From IMG/VR virus record IMGVR_UViG_3300020183_000011: a stretch of DNA of 64,000 nucleotides, one strand, 5' to 3'. The notes below the pieces were generated by a model. The model was not told where the DNA came from. It was given only the letters and a program-made list of their open reading frames with translations, and did no database searches. This DNA comes from a virus. Shown piece by piece: positions 8,975 to 16,870 of this stretch. Both the position numbers and the translations under genes were made by a program. Position 1 is the stretch's first letter. Each line of letters begins with the position of its first letter.

Positions 8975-8975
8975 T

Positions 8976-9004
8976 TTTACTTTAATTAACTATAGGAGTA
9001 TAAT
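8976..9004 (+). promoter_or_regulatory. Sigma70-like early/middle promoter
   Basis: TTTACT-17 nt-TATAAT; one of 10 copies of the T(G/T)TAC(A/T)TT(A/T)A motif. Confidence 0.7.
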
Positions 9005-9010
9005 GTCAAT

Positions 9011-9646
9011 ATGAGTTTCCTTGTAGCTAACTTGCCTCCAGTACATTGCTATGTTCGTAAGGAGTTCTTATATGATTTTAAATCTGGTCATGGCGAATAT
9101 GAGTCATGTATATGGGTTAGTATCAAGAGCCTTCGTAGTCAAGCATTTAGGATAGAGTCATACTTCCCAAGATACGGAGCTTTATATGATAAGTTGCCGT
9201 TGCATGCTTATGTAAGTAGAACGACTGATCTAGAACCTGAAAAGTTCTTATCACTAGACACTTTACAGATATGGGATTGTTTTAGTTATGACATAGCAGT
9301 CATACAAAAAGCATTCTTAAGGAACTTAAGCTGTAAGGTGTATGCTAAAGATAAACAGTTTCATCATGGTGACTATATGTTTACGGTAGATAATTCAGCT
9401 CCAGACTTAAACATACTAGATACGAGTTACAGTGAAGTTCCAGAAGATCATAAGAGTTTTAACTTTATACAACTAAACAATGGACAGTATGCTGCTCAGC
9501 CGAATAACAGGTGTATATTCTTTGATGCAGCAAGTAATCCAAAAGAGATGTTATTCCCTGATTTTAAAGTCTGCACCAAGAAGTATGTGGTAGAGACTAA
9601 TCCTAAATGGAGACTAGGTGATAGCGATACAGTAACATACGAATAA
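9011..9646 (+). CDS. Conserved hypothetical protein
   Basis: Clean 211 aa ORF downstream of the promoter; LQIWDCFSY and GQYAAQPNNR motifs; no function recognised. Confidence 0.7.
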   Translation: MSFLVANLPPVHCYVRKEFLYDFKSGHGEYESCIWVSIKSLRSQAFRIESYFPRYGALYDKLPLHAYVSRTTDLEPEKFLSLDTLQIWDCFSYDIAVIQKAFLRNLSCKVYAKDKQFHHGDYMFTVDNSAPDLNILDTSYSEVPEDHKSFNFIQLNNGQYAAQPNNRCIFFDAASNPKEMLFPDFKVCTKKYVVETNPKWRLGDSDTVTYE

Positions 9647-9654
9647 ATAAACAT

Positions 9655-11664
9655 ATGAAAAAATTACTTAGCCCATGGTTTGCACTAGTCACCCTATTAG
9701 TTTTAGTAGGCATTAGAGTATCAGATCCATCATTTGTAGAGTCAGTTCGTCTTAGATACTTTGACACGCTGATCACAAGTAAACCTGTAGTACAATCAAA
9801 ACAAGTCCATGTCGTAAACATAGATGATAAGTCTATAGAACACCTTGGGCAATTTCCATTTCCAAGGACCCAATATGCAAATATCATCGAAGATCTTTAC
9901 AGCCGTGGGGCTGGTCTTGTTGTCTTTAATCTGTTTATGCCTGATAGTGATAGGTTTGGAAAAGATGCTGGACTGGCTGATACCCTTACTAGGCATCCTG
10001 TAGTATTACCACAAGTCGCAACATCAGACAAACAAAAACCTGGTGCATTTAGACCGGGAGTATCAGAAATCGGAGGCAAAGCTTCTGATCATGCAGTAAA
10101 CTATCCGGGCATTCAAGCCAATATATCATCATTTAACAGCAAAGCTGCTGGAATAGGAGTCGTAAATGTATTACCTGAAATTGATGGTGTTGTTCGTCGT
10201 ATCCCTATGGTCGTCGCAAGTGATGGCCAATTGTACCCAAGTATCAGTCTTGAAACAATGCGTGTTGCAGTTGGAGACCCAAGTTTCCAAGTCAAGTCAA
10301 ACGCAAACGGGATTGAAGCTGTCAGAATACCTAGCTTCGCCAAGGTCGTCACAGACCCAATGGGTAGAATATGGGTCGATTGGAGTTCCACGCCGATTGA
10401 ACACAGTCTTGTGGGATTACCCAAGTCATTCGATGGAGGTATCGTCATCGTTGGGTTATCGGCACGCGGACTTAACAATCCCGTTGCAACCCCACGAGGA
10501 GCCGTCTATCCTCATTATGTACAAGCTTCAGTTTTAGATACACTAACATCTGGCGCCAACATATCTCGTCCTGATTGGGCAGATGGTGCTGAGATGCTTG
10601 CTATAGTTGTATTATCAATCATCATAATCTTTTTAACGAGGTGGAAATATGCTATTCTTCCTATCATTAGTATTATTGGTTCTATATATTACGCTTCTCG
10701 CTACGTGTTCGCCCATCAAGGTATTCTGTTGGACGGCATTTATCCTATTATTAGCTTGTCTGTTGTCTATGGTCATGCATACACCGTTAAGTTCATTTCT
10801 GAATTAAACCAAAAGCTACAGATCAAGAAACAATTTGGTACATACTTATCGCCAGCAATGGTTGAAAAGTTACAAAAGAACCCAGAGCTATTGAAGCTTG
10901 GTGGTGAGACTAGAGAATTATCAATCATGTTTACAGACGTTCGTGGCTTCACGACTATCTCAGAACATTATGGTAAAGACGTTCAAGGTCTGACTAAGAT
11001 CATGAACAGATACATGACAGCCATGACAGCAAAGATCATTGAAAATAATGGTACACTTGATAAGTATATAGGTGATGCTCAGATGGCTTTTTGGAATGCT
11101 CCTTTAGATGATAAGGATCATGCATTAAATGCAGTTAAGACTGGATTGGAGATGTTAAATGATTTGGATAAATTCAATGAAGAGATCGCTAAAGAAAATA
11201 TACCAGCGTTCGGTATGGGACTTGGTATTAACAGCGGCGACGTGGTTGTTGGGAATATGGGTAGCAGCCAGCGTTTTGATTACACTTGTCTTGGTGATGC
11301 GGTCAATCTTGCTTCCCGTTTAGAAGGACAATCAAAGAACTATGGTGTACGTATCGTATTAGGTACAAAGACCGCAGAGTATGCTAAAGAAGTTTATTCA
11401 GTCGTAGAGATGGATACGATCGCTGTTAAGGGCAAGACCGAAGGAGTTAAGGTATACACGATAGGCGAGACTATTAAACATAAACATGAAGAGTATCTAA
11501 AAGAATACTATCGCGGTAATTGGAAACGTGCTACAGAATGGGCACAAGAACTCATCGATGATAAGAACGTTACTATCAAAGACTACTATCACAAGATGAT
11601 AGAACGAATGGACGAAGGTCTCCCTGCTGAGTGGGACGGTGTATATCGAGCCACAAGCAAGTAA
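9655..11664 (+). CDS. CHASE2-domain membrane class III adenylate cyclase
   Basis: N-terminal TM; CHASE2 (VVNIDDKSIEHLGQFPFPRT, EIDGVVRRIP); 3 TMs; cyclase motifs FTDVRGFT, DKYIGDAQMAFW, GNMGS..RFDYTCLGDAVNLASRLEG. Confidence 0.93.
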   Translation: MKKLLSPWFALVTLLVLVGIRVSDPSFVESVRLRYFDTLITSKPVVQSKQVHVVNIDDKSIEHLGQFPFPRTQYANIIEDLYSRGAGLVVFNLFMPDSDRFGKDAGLADTLTRHPVVLPQVATSDKQKPGAFRPGVSEIGGKASDHAVNYPGIQANISSFNSKAAGIGVVNVLPEIDGVVRRIPMVVASDGQLYPSISLETMRVAVGDPSFQVKSNANGIEAVRIPSFAKVVTDPMGRIWVDWSSTPIEHSLVGLPKSFDGGIVIVGLSARGLNNPVATPRGAVYPHYVQASVLDTLTSGANISRPDWADGAEMLAIVVLSIIIIFLTRWKYAILPIISIIGSIYYASRYVFAHQGILLDGIYPIISLSVVYGHAYTVKFISELNQKLQIKKQFGTYLSPAMVEKLQKNPELLKLGGETRELSIMFTDVRGFTTISEHYGKDVQGLTKIMNRYMTAMTAKIIENNGTLDKYIGDAQMAFWNAPLDDKDHALNAVKTGLEMLNDLDKFNEEIAKENIPAFGMGLGINSGDVVVGNMGSSQRFDYTCLGDAVNLASRLEGQSKNYGVRIVLGTKTAEYAKEVYSVVEMDTIAVKGKTEGVKVYTIGETIKHKHEEYLKEYYRGNWKRATEWAQELIDDKNVTIKDYYHKMIERMDEGLPAEWDGVYRATSK

Positions 11665-12380
11665 TGAAGTTCTTAATTTTACTTTTATTAGCATTCAACT
11701 GCTATGCTCAAGACATAACTGCTAACTCATGGGTGGTGACAGATGAAGATGGAAAGGTGATCGCGGGGCAAAATATTGCAGAAGTCAGGTCAATAGCATC
11801 TATCACAAAACTAGTCACAGCGATGACCATATTAAACAGCGGAGAGAACATAGAAGCTCCAGTCAAGACTAAAGCTTTTGGTATGATAACACGCCATCAG
11901 CTGATAGACATGGCCATAGTAAAGTCAAATAACCAAACTGCAGACTTATTATGTCAGTTATATGTAGGTGGATATGACAGGTGTATAGCTGACATGAATC
12001 ACTTGTTATTTAAGCTTAACCTACTCAACACCATCGTCTATGATGCTACTGGTCTTGATAGACGTAACAAATCCACAGCCATGGAGCTAACACAGTTAGT
12101 CCAGGAAGCTGCAAAATATCCAGAATTAGTCAACGCATCTCAACAGGCAAAGATCAAGATTAAGACCAAGAAGCGTTTCTGGGTCTTTAAGAACACTAAC
12201 CCTCTCATAGGTAAACGTCAGGACATACTGATCTCCAAGACAGGCTATACAAGGCCTGCCGGAGGCTGCCTGGCGATGCTTATGTCCACAGATAAGGGCC
12301 AGAGATCAGTCGTGGTTTTAGGCTCCCAGAACACTCATACACGCATCCCCGAAGCTGAATTCTTAGCTGAAAATTACTAA
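11664..12380 (+). CDS. Peptidase S11 (D-Ala-D-Ala carboxy/endopeptidase, PBP7-like), secreted
   Basis: Signal peptide; SIASITK (SxxK), KSNN (SxN), SKTGY (KTG); TAATG overlap with the cyclase stop. Confidence 0.88.
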   Translation: MKFLILLLLAFNCYAQDITANSWVVTDEDGKVIAGQNIAEVRSIASITKLVTAMTILNSGENIEAPVKTKAFGMITRHQLIDMAIVKSNNQTADLLCQLYVGGYDRCIADMNHLLFKLNLLNTIVYDATGLDRRNKSTAMELTQLVQEAAKYPELVNASQQAKIKIKTKKRFWVFKNTNPLIGKRQDILISKTGYTRPAGGCLAMLMSTDKGQRSVVVLGSQNTHTRIPEAEFLAENY

Positions 12381-12396
12381 TAAAATCATAGGTTTA

Positions 12397-12409
12397 TAAG
12401 TTATTGATT
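12397..12409 (-). promoter_or_regulatory. IHF consensus site upstream of an early promoter
   Basis: Reverse complement AATCAATAACTTA matches WATCAANNNNTTR. Confidence 0.45.
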
Positions 12410-12439
12410 TATATAGATAATTTATTTTAGTCCAGACTA

Positions 12440-12468
12440 TGTACATTAATTAGCCTTTTCTGTATAAT
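12440..12468 (+). promoter_or_regulatory. Sigma70-like early promoter
   Basis: TGTACATTAAT...TATAAT with a 17 nt spacer. Confidence 0.75.
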
Positions 12469-12501
12469 GGTTCTATACTAATTAATAACGGAGAGAAAAC
12501 T

Positions 12502-12774
12502 ATGAAGACAAATACAGAACAATTAGCTTGGGAAATTCAAGCTTATGGCATGACAAAAGCTCAATTAAATCTAATGGTAAAACAACAAGCTTTTCCAGGT
12601 ACTGAGATGATGTTTGCAGCTGGCTTATTAAGCGACGCTCAACAAATCATGGATCCAGAATTCAATGATGAAGGTTGGGTAAGTCCTAAGACAGCTAATC
12701 AAGCTCGTCAGTACATCAACTGTGCTAAGGCAATCATGTTTGATGTTATGGATCCATCAAGAAAGGCTGCTTAA
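12502..12774 (+). CDS. Hypothetical early protein
   Basis: ORF with GGAGAG RBS, downstream of the promoter. Confidence 0.7.
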   Translation: MKTNTEQLAWEIQAYGMTKAQLNLMVKQQAFPGTEMMFAAGLLSDAQQIMDPEFNDEGWVSPKTANQARQYINCAKAIMFDVMDPSRKAA

Positions 12775-12935
12775 TGACCTTCAAAGTGAATGGGCACTAT
12801 TATAAGTGTATTGTTAACCCTCAGTTTGCCTTCTCTGGTAATACTTTGGAAGGCTGGATGTTAACAGCGCAAGATAACGATAACGGTATCATTGACAGTT
12901 TACTTAAAGCAAGATTTATCAAGGAGATTATATAA
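12774..12935 (+). CDS. Small hypothetical protein (53 aa; not in the ORF track)
   Basis: MTFKVNGHYYKCIVNPQFAFSG...IKEII*, with TAATG overlaps at both ends. Confidence 0.6.
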   Translation: MTFKVNGHYYKCIVNPQFAFSGNTLEGWMLTAQDNDNGIIDSLLKARFIKEII

Positions 12936-13303
12936 TGGGATTAGATATGACAGCATACACCCGCGCGAAGGGTGCCGAAGAAACAACAGAGATCCAATAC
13001 TGGCGTAAACACAACGCGCTTCATGGTCTCATGGAAGAGATATGGCGTGATAAGGCTGAGTTAGCTGGTGAGGACATTAGCGATGTTCAGTTTAACTGTG
13101 TTGAGTTACAACTTACTGAAGCTGATCTTGACTATATCGAGTCACAGGTTGTAGGTGAAACTTTACCAGAAACAGAAGGCTTCTTTTTTGGTCATGACTC
13201 AAGGTTTAGTGACGAAGACAAATTAAAGGACTTAGAGTTCATCACTAAGGCTCGTGAAGCTTTGGCCAACGGTGAAGAAGTATTTTACGATAGTTGGTGG
13301 TAA
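12935..13303 (+). CDS. Conserved phage hypothetical protein (MGLDM...YWRK.N.LHG...YDSWW type)
   Basis: Recurrent phage family signature; AAGGAG RBS. Confidence 0.7.
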   Translation: MGLDMTAYTRAKGAEETTEIQYWRKHNALHGLMEEIWRDKAELAGEDISDVQFNCVELQLTEADLDYIESQVVGETLPETEGFFFGHDSRFSDEDKLKDLEFITKAREALANGEEVFYDSWW

Positions 13304-13306
13304 GCA

Positions 13307-13335
13307 TGTACATTAATTCATTTATTTGGTAGAAT
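13307..13335 (+). promoter_or_regulatory. Sigma70-like promoter
   Basis: TGTACATTAAT-..-TAGAAT with a 17 nt spacer. Confidence 0.7.
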
Positions 13336-13341
13336 TATATT

Positions 13342-13503
13342 ATGGAAAATAAAAATACAGTAGTTAGTGTCAAGGACATTAAAAGGGGTCGTATGTATAC
13401 GGTACCAGAGCCAATCGACTATGATGACCTCATAGAAGACGAACGCCAGTTATTAAACGCTATGGCTGATCCCCACTTCAATGGTCCTGGCTACGACGAA
13501 TAA
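13342..13503 (+). CDS. Small acidic hypothetical protein (53 aa; not in the ORF track)
   Basis: MENKNTVVSVKDIKRGRMYTVPEPIDYDDLIEDE...GYDE*; ATG lies 7 nt after the -10 box. Confidence 0.55.
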   Translation: MENKNTVVSVKDIKRGRMYTVPEPIDYDDLIEDERQLLNAMADPHFNGPGYDE

Positions 13504-13596
13504 GACTCTCAGCCAATCAATAAAATATATGCGGACACTGCATAGCACTGCTTCCGATGGGTCAGCTACTAGTGCACTGGTAGTTCCGAGAGTCTT
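13502..13596 (+). ncRNA. Putative structured non-coding RNA (multi-stem)
   Basis: Closing stem AAGACTCTC/GAGAGTCTT; internal hairpins TATGC..GCATA and AGCTACTAG-TGCA-CTGGTAGTT. Confidence 0.45.
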
Positions 13597-13658
13597 TTTA
13601 AAGTACATTAGAGGGGTTAAACTAAGGTACCTCTATTTGACCTAGTGTACTTTAAAAA

Positions 13659-13735
13659 GGGCCTATAGCTCAGTTGGTTAGAGCAGAGGACTCATAATCC
13701 TTTGGTCCATGGTTCGAGTCCATGTGGGCCCACCA
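13659..13735 (+). tRNA. tRNA with CAU anticodon, most likely tRNA-Ile2 (lysidine-modified, reads AUA)
   Basis: Cloverleaf: acceptor GGGCCTA/TGGGCCC, D-arm AGCTCAGTTGGTTAGAGC, anticodon arm GAGGA-CTCATAA-TCCTT, GGTTCGAGTCC T-arm, encoded CCA; C4:G69 and C5:G68 pairs. Confidence 0.92.
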
Positions 13736-13741
13736 AATTAT

Positions 13742-13770
13742 TTTACATTAAATCATCTTTATATTATAAT
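13742..13770 (+). promoter_or_regulatory. Sigma70-like promoter
   Basis: TTTACATTAAA...TATAAT with a 17 nt spacer. Confidence 0.7.
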
Positions 13771-13779
13771 GGAGTTATT

Positions 13780-14034
13780 ATGCAAGATATGAATGTTCGT
13801 CAGTTAATCTTAAATTCAATCAAAGATAAAAGCATCACAGTATCCTTTACTAAAAAGGATGGCAGTAATCGCAACATGCTTTGTACTTTAGCAGAGTCAT
13901 TAATACCTGAAGACAAAAAGCCAAAGACAGAGAATACAAAATTTAGTGATGACGCACTACGTGTGTTTGATTTAGATAAGCAGGAATGGAGATCATTCCG
14001 TTGGGACTCAATTAAAACAGTGAAAGGTATATAA
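13780..14034 (+). CDS. WYL_2/SH3-like (DUF2693-type) protein common in T4-like phages
   Basis: VSFTKKDGSNRNMLCTL and VFDLDKQEWRSFRWD; the tracked start at 13702 lies inside the tRNA. Confidence 0.7.
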   Translation: MQDMNVRQLILNSIKDKSITVSFTKKDGSNRNMLCTLAESLIPEDKKPKTENTKFSDDALRVFDLDKQEWRSFRWDSIKTVKGI

Positions 14035-14285
14035 TGCAATTATTAGAAGAAGATAAAAAGAAAATCAAAGGTGCTTTAAACGAGATTAGTGACTCTATGA
14101 CTCGTGTTGAGGCTGAGAAGGATTTCGTTAAGGAAGTTCTTAAGAATCTATATGACGAGTTCAAGATCCCTAAAAAGACATTAGCAAAGTTAGCTAATAC
14201 ATATCATAGACAAAACTTCAACGAAGAGGTCGCATTGAACGATGAGTTCGAGACCATCTATACCACAGTTACAAACCAAGAATAA
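14034..14285 (+). CDS. dsbA: T4 DsbA-like dsDNA-binding protein
   Basis: EISDSMTRVEAEKD...FKIPKK...LANTYHRQNFNEE; upstream of rnh as in T4-like phages. Confidence 0.75.
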   Translation: MQLLEEDKKKIKGALNEISDSMTRVEAEKDFVKEVLKNLYDEFKIPKKTLAKLANTYHRQNFNEEVALNDEFETIYTTVTNQE

Positions 14286-14286
14286 T

Positions 14287-14315
14287 TGTACATTAATCCA
14301 TAACTATGGTATACT
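14287..14315 (+). promoter_or_regulatory. Sigma70-like promoter
   Basis: TGTACATTAAT...TGgTATACT with a 17 nt spacer. Confidence 0.72.
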
Positions 14316-14321
14316 GTCATC

Positions 14322-15458
14322 ATGAAAACTAAAAAACCAACCAAAGAATGGAAAGAGAAAGCCCTCGCACAAGGTAAAGGCGACGGCGCTCCTACAGTCA
14401 CACAAGAAAACTATAAGTCAACATTGATGGCAGCTCTTGGTTACTATAATACTAATGCTGAAAACTCTACACGAGCTAATGCACTTAGGAAATATATCAA
14501 AGGCTATGCTAAAGAATGGGACGGTAAACTGTCAATGAAGGACGTATCGTTCAAAGATATCTATAAAGTCTTATCTGATAAGGTGCCTGACTATGAGCTC
14601 ATCAACATGGGTTCATTATGTATGATCATGGAGAACGGTGGCTTCATATCACCTATAAATCATGATGATATGTTACAAAAGGTCGTAGCTATCTATCACA
14701 AGTACAACACAGACGAAGTCATTGATGATAGACCTAAAGCACCAGTCATCTCTATAGATCAGCGCGTAGCAGATGCAGCTCGTGCGGCCTCTGAAGACAT
14801 TGACTATGCTATCGATAACTTTATTAAAAATAAGACATGGGACTTTAATACTAAAGCACACCTCTTATCCAATAATATATCAGGCATGGTCGCTAAGCGT
14901 ATCGGTGATTACTATAAGCTTAACGTAAACGAGATCGATGAAGCGCTTGAAGGTAAAGACGAACAGCTTGTAGAAGGCTATTCATTCCTTACTAGGACTG
15001 AACTCAAGAAGTTTAGAGCAGCAATCCAATCTATCGTAGATGATTGTGCTCAACACCAAGTTACTGTTAAGAAGCCAAGAGTCACCAAAGCAAAACCACC
15101 AGCAGTCATCGTTAAGAAACTTAAGTATATGTTTAAGCATGATCTATTAAACCTTAAGTCTATCAACCCTGCTGATATCGTTGGTGCTAAAGAGTTATGG
15201 GTATACAACATTAAGTATCGTAAGCTTGTATCTTATATGGCTGATGACTCTGATACACTATCAGTCAAAGGTACAACGATCATCAACTATAGTATCGCTA
15301 AGTCATGGTCATGGACACTAAGAAACCCTGAGAAGTTCTTTAAAGACTTATCTATTGGTAAACGTAACCTTAACACAGCAGTAAAAGCTTTGACTACAAA
15401 ACCAACTGCACCAAATGGTCGTATCAATGAAGAGACCATATTATTAGGAGCATTTTAA
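14322..15458 (+). CDS. Conserved hypothetical protein of T4-like phages
   Basis: 378 aa; C-terminal LKSINP..IVGA.ELWVYN.KYRKL...SVKGTT...TLRNPE...NGRINE. Confidence 0.75.
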   Translation: MKTKKPTKEWKEKALAQGKGDGAPTVTQENYKSTLMAALGYYNTNAENSTRANALRKYIKGYAKEWDGKLSMKDVSFKDIYKVLSDKVPDYELINMGSLCMIMENGGFISPINHDDMLQKVVAIYHKYNTDEVIDDRPKAPVISIDQRVADAARAASEDIDYAIDNFIKNKTWDFNTKAHLLSNNISGMVAKRIGDYYKLNVNEIDEALEGKDEQLVEGYSFLTRTELKKFRAAIQSIVDDCAQHQVTVKKPRVTKAKPPAVIVKKLKYMFKHDLLNLKSINPADIVGAKELWVYNIKYRKLVSYMADDSDTLSVKGTTIINYSIAKSWSWTLRNPEKFFKDLSIGKRNLNTAVKALTTKPTAPNGRINEETILLGAF

Positions 15459-15459
15459 A

Positions 15460-16356
15460 ATTATTATATTAGACTATAGTCAGATTGCTCTGAGTAACAT
15501 ATTACCGTTTCAGAACGATATCAAGCGTCAGTCACCTGAAGAGATCAAGAACCTCATCAGGCATACTACATTATCCACGATTAAGTCATATAAGAAAAAG
15601 TATGGTAAAGAATATGGTGAACTAATCATCGCGTGTGATGGTCGAAACTATTGGCGTAAGTCAATATTCCCACACTATAAAGCACATCGTAAGGCGAACA
15701 GAGATAAGTCAGACCTTGATTGGGGTTTCATCTTTGATACGCTCGCAGAGTTAAGACAAGAACTGATTGATCATTTCCCGTACAAGGTACTTATCAACGA
15801 AGGCGCTGAAGCTGACGACATCATAGCTACTTTAGTAGATTATAGCCAAGAAAATTTATTGATACAAGAAGGGCTGTTTTACAGCCCTCAAAAGATATTG
15901 ATCGTCTCATCTGATAAGGACTTCATACAGCTACAGCGCAACAAGAACGTGCGTCAATGGTCACCTATGCAGCGTAAGTATGTAGAAGGATCACAAAAAG
16001 ATATACAAGAGTATACGATCCAGCATATAGTTAAAGGTGATAGTGGCGATGGCATACCCAACATCTTGTCAAGAGATGACGTGTTTATGTCAGGCGATAG
16101 ACAAAAGCCGTTCTCAGCTAAGCGTTTACCAGAATTCTTTGAAAAGGGTATCGATGCTTGCAAGAACGACGAGGAACGCAGGAACTATCAGCGTAATCAG
16201 ACTTTGGTTAACTTCGATCATATACCTAAAGAACTAGCTAAAATCATCATATATACTTATGAGAATACTAAACCTAAAGGTGATAAAAATTCTATAATGA
16301 ACTATTTAATTCAAAACAAATGTCGTCTACTTTTAGACGAAATCGAGGACTTTTAA
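15460..16356 (+). CDS. rnh: T4-type RNase H / 5'-3' exonuclease (298 aa, probable ATT start)
   Basis: Frame is open from 15448 and reads IIILDYSQIA...IIACDGRNYWRKSIFPHYKAHRK...EADDIIA...SSDKDFIQLQ...KGDSGDGIPN; AGGAG lies 9 nt before ATT 15460. Confidence 0.88.
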   Translation: MIILDYSQIALSNILPFQNDIKRQSPEEIKNLIRHTTLSTIKSYKKKYGKEYGELIIACDGRNYWRKSIFPHYKAHRKANRDKSDLDWGFIFDTLAELRQELIDHFPYKVLINEGAEADDIIATLVDYSQENLLIQEGLFYSPQKILIVSSDKDFIQLQRNKNVRQWSPMQRKYVEGSQKDIQEYTIQHIVKGDSGDGIPNILSRDDVFMSGDRQKPFSAKRLPEFFEKGIDACKNDEERRNYQRNQTLVNFDHIPKELAKIIIYTYENTKPKGDKNSIMNYLIQNKCRLLLDEIEDF

Positions 16357-16357
16357 T

Positions 16358-16777
16358 ATGGCTATTAGATTTTTACCAGAGATATTAGATGAGATCAATA
16401 AAGATCCCAAACTATTATCAACCAAATATAAAGGTAATACAGCTTTACGCATAGTGTTTGAACACTCATTCTTACCTGATAAGAAGTTCTTACTACCAGA
16501 TGATGCACCTCCATTCAAAGCGGATGCAGCACCACTTGGCATGAGTCCAGCTATCTTAACACAGGAGCTTAGACGCTTTTATATATTCTTACGCAAAGAC
16601 TTAAAACCTATCAAACGTGAAGCCTTATTCATATCATTGTTAGAGTCTGTACACCCAACTGAGGCTGACCTATGCATAGCTATTAAGGATCAAAAGCTAC
16701 ATAAGATGTATAAGAAAATCACTCGTAAGGTGGTTGAAGAGGCAGGGTTCATTGCACCTGAGACGACAGGAGCATAG
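16358..16777 (+). CDS. Conserved hypothetical protein found after rnh in T4-like phages
   Basis: FLLPDDAPPFK, KREALFISLLESVHPTEA...IKDQKL. Confidence 0.7.
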   Translation: MAIRFLPEILDEINKDPKLLSTKYKGNTALRIVFEHSFLPDKKFLLPDDAPPFKADAAPLGMSPAILTQELRRFYIFLRKDLKPIKREALFISLLESVHPTEADLCIAIKDQKLHKMYKKITRKVVEEAGFIAPETTGA

Positions 16778-16849
16778 ATTTACATAAATAGATAGTAAGC
16801 TGTATGCTGGATAAACTATGAATCCAGGTGAGTTTAAAATTGTCTTTAT

Positions 16850-16862
16850 AATCAACACCTTA
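16850..16862 (+). promoter_or_regulatory. IHF consensus site
   Basis: AATCAACACCTTA matches WATCAANNNNTTR, 8 nt upstream of the -35 box. Confidence 0.42.
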
Positions 16863-16870
16863 TGTTAACA

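Noticed and set aside
13502-13658. Hammerhead or HDV-like (theta) ribozyme next to the tRNA
   Set aside because: No CUGAnGA/GAAA core is recognisable, and the element lies 5' rather than 3' of the tRNA.
13702-13779. N-terminal extension of ORF 13702..14034
   Set aside because: It overlaps the tRNA and a promoter; ATG 13780 is the plausible start.
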